DNA of 64,000 nucleotides from Thermoanaerobaculia bacterium (GTDB lineage: Bacteria > Acidobacteriota > Thermoanaerobaculia > Multivoradales > UBA5704). Below the pieces are notes generated by a model. That model was not told the origin of the DNA. It saw only the letters and a list, made by a program, of their open reading frames with translations, and did no database searches. The position numbers and the translations under genes are program-made. Location of the stretch: the NCBI GenBank assembly GCA_035995205.1, contig DASYKS010000002.1, forward strand, positions 51,026-115,025. Direction: 5' to 3'. This document shows, piece by piece, positions 9,596 through 18,968 of this stretch. Each line of letters starts with the position of its first letter. Within the stretch, counting starts at the first letter, position 1.

Positions 9596-10726
9596 ATGCG
9601 CCGCATCGCCCTTCGCCTGCTCGTCGTCCTGGCGACGATCGCCCTCACCCTGCTCGCCGCCGAGGGTGCGCTACGCTTCTACTTTCGCGGCAAGGGTGGC
9701 GACTCGGGCGACGTGCGGTCGATCCTCGCCAAGTCGGCAAAGACTTCGGTCGCGGACAACGCGGAGCACGGCGGCAAGTTTTCGCTTTCCGGGCTGGTGA
9801 AGGCGAGCGCGTTTCCCGGCGTCGTTTACGAGCTGAAGCCGAACGTCTCGGGGACCTTCCGGGGCAAGAGCCTGCGGACCAACGCCCAGGGGCTGCGCGG
9901 GTCTCGCGATTACCCCACTGGCAAACCGGCCGGCACGTTCCGGATCGCCGGGCTCGGGGATTCGGTGATGTTCGGCTGGGGTGTGGGGGAGGGGGAGCCG
10001 TATCTGGAGGTCGTGGAGCGGGAGCTGGCGGCCCGCGGGCGCCCGGCGGATGCCTTGAGCTTCGCGGTGCCGGGATACAACACATCGCTCGAAGTGGCGG
10101 CGTTCGAGCACCGCGCGCTGCCGTTTTCGCCCGACTTGGTGGTTCTCCATTTCATCGGCAACGACTTCGGGCTGCCGCACTTCCTGCGCCGGCCGGACGC
10201 TCCTCTCTCCCGCGGAGCCGCCCCCTCTCGCTGGCTGCTGTGGGAGCTGCTGAAATCGCGCTTTACGCCCCCCTCGCCTGACGACGAGGTCGATCCCGAC
10301 CTGATCGGCCACGACACGACCGGTGGCGCGCCGGGCGAGCGTTACGAGGCGCGCAAGCAGTACGAGGGGATCGTCGGCGAGGGGGCGTTCGTCAAAGCGC
10401 TCGGCCGGTTGCGCGAGCTGACCCAGCCGCGCGGCATTCCGGTGATCGTCATGGCGCTCGCCGGCGACGAAGGGCGCGGCAAGCTGGCGCGCGACACCGC
10501 GGAGAAGAACGGCTTCACCTTCCTGAACGCGGCGCCGCATTTCTATGACTACCTCGTGGCCCACGACCTCCAGCATGACCGGAAGAACTGGGTCACCGTG
10601 TTCCGCATCCCCCACGACGGCCATCCGAACGCGCTCGGCCATCGGCTCTACGCCGAGGTACTGCTCGAAGAGCTGGCGCGGCGCGGCGTCGTAAGCTCCG
10701 ATAAACCGAAAGGAAACACCCCTTGA
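9596..10726 (+). CDS. SGNH/GDSL-family hydrolase, membrane-anchored
   Basis: The internal ATG at 9596 (MRRIALRLLVVLATIALTLLAAEG) gives 376 aa. Block I is IAGLGDSVMFGWG and block V is HDGHPN. The upstream part of the track ORF is antisense to the sulfatase-like gene. Confidence 0.7.
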   Translation: MRRIALRLLVVLATIALTLLAAEGALRFYFRGKGGDSGDVRSILAKSAKTSVADNAEHGGKFSLSGLVKASAFPGVVYELKPNVSGTFRGKSLRTNAQGLRGSRDYPTGKPAGTFRIAGLGDSVMFGWGVGEGEPYLEVVERELAARGRPADALSFAVPGYNTSLEVAAFEHRALPFSPDLVVLHFIGNDFGLPHFLRRPDAPLSRGAAPSRWLLWELLKSRFTPPSPDDEVDPDLIGHDTTGGAPGERYEARKQYEGIVGEGAFVKALGRLRELTQPRGIPVIVMALAGDEGRGKLARDTAEKNGFTFLNAAPHFYDYLVAHDLQHDRKNWVTVFRIPHDGHPNALGHRLYAEVLLEELARRGVVSSDKPKGNTP

Positions 10727-11229
10727 GTCGAACCGAGCGCCTCCGCCTGCTGTTTGCGGTCCTTCTGGTCGTCTTGGCACTCGATCAGGCGACCAAGCTG
10801 CTCGCCCGGAAGCACTTGGCCTACCAGCCGGGGCGAAGCTATCTCGGCGGTGTCGCCCGGCTCGAATACGCCGAGAACCGCGGTGCGTTCTTGAGCCTGG
10901 GCGCCAATCTTCCCGCCGGTTGGCGCGAGGGTTTGCTAACGGGCTTGAACATCCTGCTGGTCGTCGGCCTCACGATCTATCTGGTCCGCGGCAAGGATCT
11001 CGCCCGGTGGCCGACGCTTGCGCTCGCGTTGTTGATCTCCGGCGGGCTTGGCAATCTGATCGACCGCGTGGTCCGCGGCGGGGCGGTGGTCGATTTCATG
11101 ATTCTGGGGATCGGTCCGGTGCGCACCGGGGTGTTCAACGTCGCGGATCTTTGCCTGACCACCGGGGCGATCCTGTTCGCCTTTACCGGCGCCACTTCGG
11201 GGCGCGCCGAGCCGCCCGAGACGGATTGA
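10723..11229 (+). CDS. lspA: lipoprotein signal peptidase II
   Basis: 168 aa. Motifs: LDQATK, NRGAFLSLG, GGLGNLIDR, VVDF and FNVAD. The TTGA start/stop overlaps the upstream gene. Confidence 0.9.
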   Translation: MSRTERLRLLFAVLLVVLALDQATKLLARKHLAYQPGRSYLGGVARLEYAENRGAFLSLGANLPAGWREGLLTGLNILLVVGLTIYLVRGKDLARWPTLALALLISGGLGNLIDRVVRGGAVVDFMILGIGPVRTGVFNVADLCLTTGAILFAFTGATSGRAEPPETD

Positions 11230-11260
11230 TTCGGGCAACCTTCGAAAGCGTGGCCGCTCC

Positions 11261-12310
11261 TTGACCGAGCATCCCGACCCCGCGACGGTCGCCCGCTACC
11301 TCGCGGGAGATCTCCCCGCCGCCGAGGCGCGCGCGATCGAAGCGCATCTTTCGACCTGCGTCTTCTGCCGAGAATCGATCCGCGACGCGGTCGAAACCGC
11401 GACGGCGCCCGCGCGGCAAGCTCCCGTCCTCTGGCGCGCCGAGCGGTTCGGTCGAAGCGAGGCCGCGCAGGGAAAAGAAAAATCCGCCAAGGACGATTCC
11501 GAGGCGGCGGTCCGGCGCGAGGCGGTCCGTTTCTTTCTCGGCGATCTGGGCCACACCCTCGCGGTACGCGGTGAGCGGGCGGTCGACCAGCTGCTGGAAC
11601 TTTCGGAACACGAACGGCGGCGCGCCATCCGGCATGAACCCCGGCAGCGGGCCGACTCGAACAACGAGGACGTGGCCGCCCGCCTGCTCGCGCGCTGCCG
11701 CGCGGCGTGGAGCGTAGATCTCGACCTCGCGGTCGAAACGGCGAAGCTCGCGGTGCTGGTCTCCCAGCGGTTGACGCCGAGAGCGGGAGCCGAAGAGCGC
11801 TGCGCGGATTTGCGCTCGCTCGCCCTCCAGCACCTCGCGGCGTCGAACCACATCGCCCGCCGAGCCCAAGAGATCGACGCCGAGATCGCGCGCCGACGGC
11901 TGGTTTCGGCTCCTGAGCCCGCCACGGCGGACGATGCTTATCCGACGGGAGTTCCTTCGCGCTCTGCGGTCTCCGAAGTCGCGGAGGATGCCCTGGCGGT
12001 CGAGGTCGAGGCGGCATTCGACGATCTGCGCGACGCGAGCCTCGCCCGCGGCCGGGCTCACGACGCGGTGCTCGCGGTGCTCGATCAGGCGCGCTTTTCC
12101 CTCGATCGCGGCGGTCCGGAGGCTCTTGCCACCTTCGCTCGCACCGAGGCCGCCCGGTTCGCGGCGCTCGAACTGCCGCCGATTCCCCGCGACGCCGTCC
12201 GTTACCTCGCGGCCGAAATGGAGCGGGGAGAGGCGGCGCAGCCGCTCGATCGGCTGATCGCCCGCCTCCGGCGGATCGTGCTCGATCGACGCGACGACTT
12301 CGGGAGCTGA
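11261..12310 (+). CDS. zf-HC2 (anti-sigma-factor-like) cytoplasmic protein
   Basis: 349 aa. The N-terminal HLSTCVFC (H-x3-C-x2-C) zinc motif follows YLAGDLPAAEARAIEAH. No TM helix and no adjacent sigma gene. Confidence 0.55.
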   Translation: MTEHPDPATVARYLAGDLPAAEARAIEAHLSTCVFCRESIRDAVETATAPARQAPVLWRAERFGRSEAAQGKEKSAKDDSEAAVRREAVRFFLGDLGHTLAVRGERAVDQLLELSEHERRRAIRHEPRQRADSNNEDVAARLLARCRAAWSVDLDLAVETAKLAVLVSQRLTPRAGAEERCADLRSLALQHLAASNHIARRAQEIDAEIARRRLVSAPEPATADDAYPTGVPSRSAVSEVAEDALAVEVEAAFDDLRDASLARGRAHDAVLAVLDQARFSLDRGGPEALATFARTEAARFAALELPPIPRDAVRYLAAEMERGEAAQPLDRLIARLRRIVLDRRDDFGS

Positions 12311-12382
12311 GCCGGCTGCTATGCTTCGGAAGGACTCCGGCGCGCTCGTTGCCCGGTTCGATCCGACTCCAAAAGGAACCCC

Positions 12383-14338
12383 ATGCGCCTGATCAAGATC
12401 GCCATCGCCAGCCTCGACGCGACCGTCGGGGCGGTGCGTTCGAACACCGACCGGATGCTCAAGATGGCGCGCGAGATGGCGGCCGAGGACGTGACGCTCG
12501 GCGCGTTTACCGAGCAGTCGATCGGCGGCTATCCGGCCGAGGATCTCGTGCAGTGGCGGGCGTTCCTGGCCGCCCAGCGGACCGAGCTGGAGCGCTTCGC
12601 GCGGGAGACGGGGAAGCTGAAGACGGTGTTCGCGGTCGGGCTCGCGGTGCCGGTCGGCGGCCAGATCTTCAATTGCGCGGCGGCCGTTCATGGTGGTTCG
12701 ATCCTCGGCTTCGTGCCGAAGGAAAAGCTGCCCACCTACAATGTCTTCTATGAGGCGCGGACGCTGTCGCAAGGGGCGCGCGGCTTGGCGCTCGACGCGG
12801 ACGGCGTGCGGCTCGGCGACTACCTGTTCGACTTCGATTTCGGCACCGTGGCGCTGGAGGTGTGCGAGGACGCCTGGTCTCCGGACGGTCCGATGCGCCG
12901 GCGCTGCTACTCGGGGGCCGAGCTGGTCGTGAACCTTTCGGCCTCCCCGTTCCGGCTCGGTTTCGTCGGCACCCGGCGCGAGATGCTCGCCACCCGCTCG
13001 GCCGACAACGAGGCGACCCTGGTCTACGCCAACGCGGTCGGCTCGCAGGACGGTTTGATCTTCGACGGCGGCGGGTTCGTGTTCCAGAACGGCCGGCGGA
13101 TGCTCGATCTCCCGCGCTTTAGCGAGGGGTGGAAGGCCTGCGTGATCGACCTCGACCGGACCCGCCGCATCCGCCAGGAGAACACCACCTGGCGGGTCGA
13201 CTGCGAGGATTTCCAACGTGCGCTGCCGCGGGTTCCGTCGATCGACCGCCGTGGCCAGCCGACCGCCGATCGCTCGCGCCTCACCTATCCCGCGCCGGCC
13301 GGTGGAAGTTTCTTCCTGCCCGCCCCCTCCGATCCCTCGGCGCCGCCCGAGCCTACGGCGCGCGAGGAGGTGCTCGACGAGCTGTTCGAGGCGCTCGCGC
13401 TCGGCGTCCGCGACTATTGGGTGAAGACCGGCGCGTTCAAAGGTCTGGGCATCGCGCTTTCCGGCGGGCGCGACTCGATGCTGACGATCCTGGTCGCTTG
13501 GCGGGCGTCCCAGCTCGCGGCTCCCGGGCTCTCGGGTGAGGCGCTCCGCGCGCGGGTCGGCGAAACCGTGCAGGCGTTCTACATGCCCACCCGCTATTCG
13601 GCCGAGACCACCCAGGGTGCGGCGGCGAAGCTCGCCGAGGAGCTGGGGATTCCGCTCCGCACGGTCGCGATCGAGGAGGCGTTCGAGCGCGAGGTGGAGG
13701 CGACCCGCGCGATGCTTGGAAAAGGGGAGAGCGGGGTCGGCGACGAGGCCGCCGAGCCTTCCGAGATCACCAAACAGAACGTTCAGGCTCGCCTGCGCGC
13801 CGGGCGGATGTGGAACTGGGCGAACACCTCCGGCTTCCTGTTCCTCCAGACCGGCGACATGAGCGAGAAGGCAGTGGGTTACACGACCATCGGCGGCGAT
13901 CTCGAAGGGGCGCTCTCGGTGATCGCGAACGTGCCGAAGACCGTGGTGGTCGCCCTGCTCGAACGGTTGCATGCGCGGTTCGGATTCGAAGGGGTCGCGA
14001 TGACGCTCGCCACCGAGCCCGGGCCGGAGCTGGCCACGGCGCAGACCGCCGAGAAAGAGCTGATGCCGTTTCCGGTGCTCGACGCCTGCCTTCACCTCTA
14101 CGCGGGAGAAAAGCTCGCGCCCGATGAGGTGGCCGCCGCCCTCCCCTCGCTCTTCCCCGAGATCCCTCCCGAACGCCTCGCGGCCTGGGCGGAACGGTTC
14201 GCGACGCTTTTTACCCGCTCGATCTACAAGTGGGTCCAGGCGCCGCTCGCCCTCCACGTCGGCTCGCTCGACCTCGACCGCGAACGGGCGCTCCAGCTCC
14301 CCGTGGTCCAGAAGAACGAATGGAGCGGCCAGGGGTAA
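12383..14338 (+). CDS. nadE: glutamine-dependent NAD+ synthetase (long form: nitrilase domain plus synthetase domain)
   Basis: 651 aa. The N-terminal CN-hydrolase domain carries LEVCEDAW (catalytic Cys). The C-terminal PP-loop is GIALSGGRDS. Confidence 0.85.
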   Translation: MRLIKIAIASLDATVGAVRSNTDRMLKMAREMAAEDVTLGAFTEQSIGGYPAEDLVQWRAFLAAQRTELERFARETGKLKTVFAVGLAVPVGGQIFNCAAAVHGGSILGFVPKEKLPTYNVFYEARTLSQGARGLALDADGVRLGDYLFDFDFGTVALEVCEDAWSPDGPMRRRCYSGAELVVNLSASPFRLGFVGTRREMLATRSADNEATLVYANAVGSQDGLIFDGGGFVFQNGRRMLDLPRFSEGWKACVIDLDRTRRIRQENTTWRVDCEDFQRALPRVPSIDRRGQPTADRSRLTYPAPAGGSFFLPAPSDPSAPPEPTAREEVLDELFEALALGVRDYWVKTGAFKGLGIALSGGRDSMLTILVAWRASQLAAPGLSGEALRARVGETVQAFYMPTRYSAETTQGAAAKLAEELGIPLRTVAIEEAFEREVEATRAMLGKGESGVGDEAAEPSEITKQNVQARLRAGRMWNWANTSGFLFLQTGDMSEKAVGYTTIGGDLEGALSVIANVPKTVVVALLERLHARFGFEGVAMTLATEPGPELATAQTAEKELMPFPVLDACLHLYAGEKLAPDEVAAALPSLFPEIPPERLAAWAERFATLFTRSIYKWVQAPLALHVGSLDLDRERALQLPVVQKNEWSGQG

Positions 14339-14525
14339 GCGGGCGGTGGCTCAGGTAAGCCTCCTCGCTCCTTCGGGCGCCTTCGGCAGCGGCCAGTCGC
14401 TGCGGGGCTTCCCTGAGCCGCTGCCGCGATTTGAAATTTCTTTGGCCGAAGTATCGAGATGAACGAGGTCCATTACGTCTTCTCTGTTCCGTGAGCATTT
14501 TCGCTCGCGGAAATGGAGATGACCG

Positions 14526-15068
14526 ATGGATTCCGCCACCCATCCCGCCAACGCCCCTCTCGCGCCGCCGCTCTCCCCGCCCCTTCCGCCGCCCCCTCCT
14601 CCTCCGCCACCGCCGCCTCTTTCCGCGGCCGACCGGCTGGTCCTAGCGATCCACGACGCCACGCGGCCGCAGGGTCCGAAAGCGCGGAGAGATCCGCACG
14701 GCATCGGCGACCGTCTGCGCCGTGCCTCGGTCGATGCCGCCGATCTCCTTTCCCGCCTCGACCCCGATCGCCCGGAGGGGCGGCCGCGAACCCTCCGTCT
14801 CGGCGAGCTGGCCGAGGCGCGCAGCCGTCTGGCCGAGGTGGCCTACTACGTCGATCTCGGCGAACGGCTCGGCACGCTCGACCCCTGCGAAGCGCTGGAG
14901 TTGTTCGAGCTCGGCCTCGCCGCGAGCGTCGATCTCGCGGGCCGGCTCGACCGGTTGATCTATGCCCGGGCCGACGAGAGGCCGGGTCGAGCGGGCGATT
15001 CGTTTGCTCCGGCGGTGACGATGCGGGTCGAAATTCCGAGCGTCGTACGGGAGGCGCTCCCATGTTGA
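14526..15068 (+). CDS. hypothetical protein, possibly four-helix-bundle (23S rRNA IVS-type) family, with an N-terminal poly-Pro tract
   Basis: 180 aa. PPLPPPPPPPPPPPL is followed by helical segments (IGDRLRRASVDAADLLS...LAEARSRLAEVAYYVDLGERLG) that resemble the four-helix-bundle family. Assignment is by eye only. Confidence 0.35.
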   Translation: MDSATHPANAPLAPPLSPPLPPPPPPPPPPPLSAADRLVLAIHDATRPQGPKARRDPHGIGDRLRRASVDAADLLSRLDPDRPEGRPRTLRLGELAEARSRLAEVAYYVDLGERLGTLDPCEALELFELGLAASVDLAGRLDRLIYARADERPGRAGDSFAPAVTMRVEIPSVVREALPC

Positions 15069-15100
15069 CAGATTTCTGCATTCTGTCAGAAGATATCTGC

Positions 15101-15340
15101 ATGAGAACGACTCTGGATTTCGAAGACAACCTCTTCCGCGAAGCCAAAGCCCGCGCCGCCGAGCTGGGCGAGCCTCTCACCCGCCTGCTGGAGCGTTCGC
15201 TCCGGCTCTATCTGCACGGTGGCCAGCCGGCGGAGACCTCCTTCCGCTTTGCCCCGCTGATCAAGAGCGGCCGCAGCGCCCCGGGAGTCGACTGGGATGA
15301 TCGAGACGCGCTGTACGAGCGAATGGAGGAGCGCGGATGA
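15101..15340 (+). CDS. type II antitoxin (VapB-like)
   Basis: 79 aa from the internal ATG at 15101: MRTTLDFEDNLFREAKARAAELGEPLTRLLERSLRLYL. An ATGA overlap couples it to the PIN gene. Confidence 0.7.
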   Translation: MRTTLDFEDNLFREAKARAAELGEPLTRLLERSLRLYLHGGQPAETSFRFAPLIKSGRSAPGVDWDDRDALYERMEERG

Positions 15341-15771
15341 TCGCGGTGGATACCAACATCCTGGTCTACGCCCATCGCGCCGAGTTGCCGAAGCACGCGG
15401 CGGCCCTCGCTCAGCTGGCGGCGCTCGCCGAGTCGGCGGAAACCTGGGCGATTCCCGCCTTTTGCCTGGGGGAATTCGCGCGGGTGATCACCCATCCGAA
15501 GCTGTTCAATCCGCCGCATTCGCCGAGCGAAGCGGCCGGTGCGATCGAGCGCCTGACGGCGTCGCCCTCGCTTCGCATCTTGAATCCCGGGCCGCGCTTT
15601 CCGGCGTTGTTCGGCGAGGCGATCCGCGCGGCGGAAGCGAAGGGGAACCTGGTCTACGACGCCCAGATCGTTGCCGTCTGCCGCGAGCTGGGCGCGCGGA
15701 AGCTGCTCACCGAAGATCGCGATTTCGATCGCTTTCCGGGCTTTGCGACGACGCGCCTCGCGCCGATTTGA
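15337..15771 (+). CDS. vapC: PIN-domain toxin (VapC family)
   Basis: 144 aa. MIAVDTNILVYA carries the first acidic residue, DAQIVAVCRE follows, and LLTEDRDF is the distal acidic motif. Confidence 0.85.
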   Translation: MIAVDTNILVYAHRAELPKHAAALAQLAALAESAETWAIPAFCLGEFARVITHPKLFNPPHSPSEAAGAIERLTASPSLRILNPGPRFPALFGEAIRAAEAKGNLVYDAQIVAVCRELGARKLLTEDRDFDRFPGFATTRLAPI

Positions 15772-15951
15772 TCCACCACGCCGCGCGCGGATTGAGCGGG
15801 GTCCGCGCGTCTCGCTTTTTTCGTTGCGGGCACTCTCAAGGTTCAGAGGGATGCGCGCTTATCTCTTTGCGCATCATAGGGTGACCGCTCGCGCGTGGCG
15901 GGCGGTCCCTTCTCCTCTGAGGTTCCCCACCTTCCGTCCAAGGAGACCGTC

Positions 15952-16413
15952 ATGAAGAGCCCGCTTCGCATTGCCTTCACCGCCCTCGCCCTCCTCGGTG
16001 CCGCCTCTATCGCCGAGGCCAAATGGGTCCCGGTTCACAGCGTCTGGTCGGACAATTCGCCGTTGGCCGTGAGAGACGGCGCCACCGGCGTCTGGTCCAC
16101 CCCGACTCTCGGCTATTCCTCCTCCAACTGGCAGGAGGGGACCTCGCAGGCGTTCTCCCACGCCGTGGCGCTCAGCGACGGCCACCTGTACGAGTTCCGC
16201 CTGGTGACGGTCTCGACTTCCGACAACGATCAGATCGGCAAGCTCTGGGACGTTTACAAGGACGGCGTTCTCGCCTGCAATGATTGCGTCGGCAAGGTCT
16301 ATGGTCTGAGCGGCCCGATCGGCGCCTACTTCAAGATCTACGTCGGAACGCCGTTCGCCTACGCCGAGCTCTGGCACTTCTCGGGCTACATCACGAACCG
16401 GTTCGACTACTAA
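15952..16413 (+). CDS. small secreted protein, function unknown
   Basis: 153 aa from the ATG at 15952, preceded by AAGGAG. It has a signal peptide MKSPLRIAFTALALLGAASIAEA, and the mature part is beta-rich with 2 Cys. Confidence 0.55.
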   Translation: MKSPLRIAFTALALLGAASIAEAKWVPVHSVWSDNSPLAVRDGATGVWSTPTLGYSSSNWQEGTSQAFSHAVALSDGHLYEFRLVTVSTSDNDQIGKLWDVYKDGVLACNDCVGKVYGLSGPIGAYFKIYVGTPFAYAELWHFSGYITNRFDY

Positions 16414-16501
16414 GTCTCACTCGCTTGATCTCACGACGGAGAGGGCGCCGCGCCCTCTCCGTCGCCGTGTTACAGTTACTGTGTCACAGGAGGGGGCTTC
16501 G

Positions 16502-16762
16502 ATGGCCACCGTGCGACTAGACGTCACGACCGAGGCGGCACTGAATCAATTGTCGGCGCGCCGGGGACAGACCCGTTCCGAAGTGATCCGCGATGCAATT
16601 ACCCGCCTTGCCGATGAAGGAGGCCAGACTCGGTCGGCCTACGAGAGGCTGCGAGCCTTCGAAGGCATAGTAGACAGCGGTGGTCTTCAGCTTTCGACGC
16701 AAACAGGGAAGAGGTTCCGCGAGATTCTGGAGAAGAAGCGGGATGCGCGCCGTCCTGGTTGA
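16502..16762 (+). CDS. ribbon-helix-helix (CopG/VapB-type) antitoxin
   Basis: 86 aa. MATVRLDVTTEAALNQLSARRGQTRSEVIRDAITRL is an RHH signature. It overlaps the downstream PIN gene by 20 nt. Confidence 0.7.
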   Translation: MATVRLDVTTEAALNQLSARRGQTRSEVIRDAITRLADEGGQTRSAYERLRAFEGIVDSGGLQLSTQTGKRFREILEKKRDARRPG

Positions 16763-17153
16763 CGCCGGTCCTCTCGTCGCCTTCCTGGACCGAGGCGATG
16801 AGCATCATGAAGTTGTCGCAAGGACGCTGCGGAAGATTACGGACCCGCTGGTTACTGTCTGGCCGGTCTTGGTAGAGGCCATGTACCTCCTCTCGTTCTC
16901 TTGGCGGGCACAGAAAGCCCTCTGGGAAATTCTCGAGACCGGCACGGTTCAGCTCCTGCCTCTCGACGATACCGACTTCTCCAAGATCAAGAGCCTGATG
17001 GAGAAGTACCAGGATCTGCCGATGGATCTCGCCGATGCCGCGCTCGTGTGGGTGGCGGAGCGAGAGGGCCTACGTCGAGTACTGACTCTGGATCAGCGAG
17101 ACTTTGCGGTCTATCGCCTGCCCCGGAAGGGTGTGTTCACGCTTCTGCTCTGA
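16743..17153 (+). CDS. vapC: PIN-domain toxin (VapC family)
   Basis: 136 aa from the ATG at 16743. Motifs: MRAVLVDAGPLVAFLDRGDEHH, MDLADAALVWVAE and TLDQRDF. Confidence 0.8.
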   Translation: MRAVLVDAGPLVAFLDRGDEHHEVVARTLRKITDPLVTVWPVLVEAMYLLSFSWRAQKALWEILETGTVQLLPLDDTDFSKIKSLMEKYQDLPMDLADAALVWVAEREGLRRVLTLDQRDFAVYRLPRKGVFTLLL

Positions 17154-18084
17154 CCCGACGCCTGGCTCCGAGAATCCAGCCTTCTTCTTTGACACAAATG
17201 TCTTGCTGGTGTTGGTCGAGACCTTGTGGAACATCGAACCAGGTGCCGAGTTCCTCTTCTTCATCGAGCCTGGCGAGTAGTTCGGCGAGTAGGATCACTT
17301 GGGCTTCGTCGCGGCAGGACTTCCCGTGATTTTCCAGTAGCCGTTTGTCGAGAATACCGGGCCAAATCTCTGCGTGGATCACAAGGGCGCCGGAATCTCG
17401 TGTGGGATTCGGCGAGAAGCCGGTCTCGAATGGCCAAACGCGACTGTGGTTTTGAAGACCCTGGTCATCGCGAAGGCCACGTACGACCGGAATCCCAAGA
17501 AGCGACTGGCTACCCACGGAGCCTGCGGTAAAGAGCTTCCAAACTTCTTGGGCTCCGGGAATGTCTGTAAACCTACGGCTTTCGAGGTGCTCGTCATCTG
17601 CGACGGGATAGGGGAAGGTTGATCGAGTCGGTAAAAGCCCAGGCAATAGGGTCTTGCTGACCGGACGAGCCCAGAACGGCCCCGGAGCGGTGGGGTCACC
17701 AATTCTTCTATTGAGGCTGGCCGCCGCGCTAAATCGATCGTTGGTATTTCGCGGCTGTGCCGCGTTGCCGACGGCGACGGAGATTTCATTCCAGACGTAG
17801 CGCCAGGGGGCCAGCTTCTCCTCCGATGTCCAGCCCAGTGCGCGAGCGAGACCCTTTGGGTAGGCATAGGCGAAATCGAAACCGACGAGCGTCCGGATGC
17901 CCTCGCGATATGCCGGACGAAGGCACTCGAACGCAAACTCGAGTGCCTCTGCGCGAGTCGGAAGATTGCGAACCTCAAGTTTTCGGCCGTGTTGAAGCCA
18001 TGCAGCCCAGATGCTGTCCTTCTTGGTTTTGGGCTTCGAATTCGCACTCCAATCGACCATCAGGTAGGCGTCGAAAATAGGCAT
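17137..18084 (-). CDS. conserved-looking hypothetical protein (315 aa), lower G+C than its flanks
   Basis: Clean ORF with non-biased composition: MPIFDAYLMVDWSANSKPKTKKDSIWAAW...VGFDFAYAYPKG. I cannot assign a family. Confidence 0.55.
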   Translation of the reverse strand: MPIFDAYLMVDWSANSKPKTKKDSIWAAWLQHGRKLEVRNLPTRAEALEFAFECLRPAYREGIRTLVGFDFAYAYPKGLARALGWTSEEKLAPWRYVWNEISVAVGNAAQPRNTNDRFSAAASLNRRIGDPTAPGPFWARPVSKTLLPGLLPTRSTFPYPVADDEHLESRRFTDIPGAQEVWKLFTAGSVGSQSLLGIPVVRGLRDDQGLQNHSRVWPFETGFSPNPTRDSGALVIHAEIWPGILDKRLLENHGKSCRDEAQVILLAELLARLDEEEELGTWFDVPQGLDQHQQDICVKEEGWILGARRRVRAEA

Positions 18085-18142
18085 ATATTTCTCCCGAGTG
18101 TGGACGAACTAAGATCTCCTTTTTTAACGGGAGACGCAAGCG

Positions 18143-18427
18143 ATGGCAAAAGCGGTGTGGAAAGGCGCCACGATCGCCGAGAGCGATACGTTCGAGGTCG
18201 TGGAAGGCAACGTGTATTTCCCGCCCGAGGCGGTGAAGAAGGAGCGACTCGCTCCGAGCGAAACGACCACGGTGTGCGGTTGGAAGGGAACTGCGAACTA
18301 CTACAACGTGATCGTAAACGGCGAAGAGAACCGCGATGCCGCTTGGTATTACGACGATCCGAAGCCGGCTGCGGCGAACATCCGCGGCCATGTGGCGTTC
18401 TGGCGTGGGGTGACGGTCGAGCGGTAA
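18143..18427 (+). CDS. DUF427-domain protein
   Basis: 94 aa. MAKAVWKGATIAESDTFEVVEGNVYFPPEAV...TTVCGWKGTANYYNV...AAWYYDDP...GHVAFW matches the DUF427 pattern from memory. Confidence 0.75.
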   Translation: MAKAVWKGATIAESDTFEVVEGNVYFPPEAVKKERLAPSETTTVCGWKGTANYYNVIVNGEENRDAAWYYDDPKPAAANIRGHVAFWRGVTVER

Positions 18428-18469
18428 CCGAGAACGGCGAGGCGGCGCAGTTCCCACCAGGAGGTCCGA

Positions 18470-18882
18470 ATGGAAGACCGAAAGATGATGGCTCTCGGCG
18501 GCGTGACGAACGAAGACCTGATCGACGCGCGCCGTACCCTGCATTGGGCGATCGCCGCCGCCTCGGCTCCGGGCAAGCAGTTGATTCCGGCGCGCCCCGA
18601 CGCCTCGGAGCAAAGTCTGGTTTGGGACGGCGCGCGCTCCGCGTTTCTGCAAGGCGTGATCGCGGGCGTCCACGAGAGCTTCCGCTCTGCTCCCCGAAAG
18701 ACCCGGCGTTGCCTGCGCTTCCTTCCGGCGGTGTCTGGAACACCGAAGGATGGTTCGGCGCGGTGCTCGACGCCGCGCCGCTCCTCGCGCTTGCGACGGC
18801 GGACCAGCAAATTGCCGCGGCGCGGGATTTCTTGGCGGTCGCGATCGAAGCCTGCCGGCGCTTAGTGCGCGCGGCCTCCTGA
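18470..18882 (+). pseudogene. possible frameshifted gene (protein-like sequence switches frame near 18670-18690)
   Basis: The frame starting at 18470 is protein-like up to ...SAFLQGVIAGVHE and then turns into Arg/Ser junk. A second frame becomes protein-like (LPLCSPKDPALPALPSGGVWNTEGWFGAVLDAAPLLALATADQQIAAARDFLAVAIEACRRLV) and stops at 18882. Confidence 0.3.
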
Positions 18883-18893
18883 GAAGCGAGCGT

Positions 18894-18921
18894 GCCCGCC
18901 GCGAGGGATCTCACGGCGGGC
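18894..18921. terminator. GC-rich hairpin between convergent genes (candidate bidirectional terminator)
   Basis: GCCCGCCG-12 nt-CGGCGGGC, lying between the + gene ending at 18882 and the - gene ending at 18969. Confidence 0.4.
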
Positions 18922-18968
18922 GGGTAAGGTCTGCCGGTTCGGCTGGAAAGACCGGTCGGTTCACGCCG

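Noticed and set aside
11183-14257. 1024-aa minus-strand ORF
   Set aside because: It is antisense to nadE and the zf-HC2 gene. Its composition is Arg/Gly/Pro/Glu-rich, typical of an open antisense frame in GC-rich DNA, and it has no motifs. The plus-strand genes carry clear enzyme signatures.
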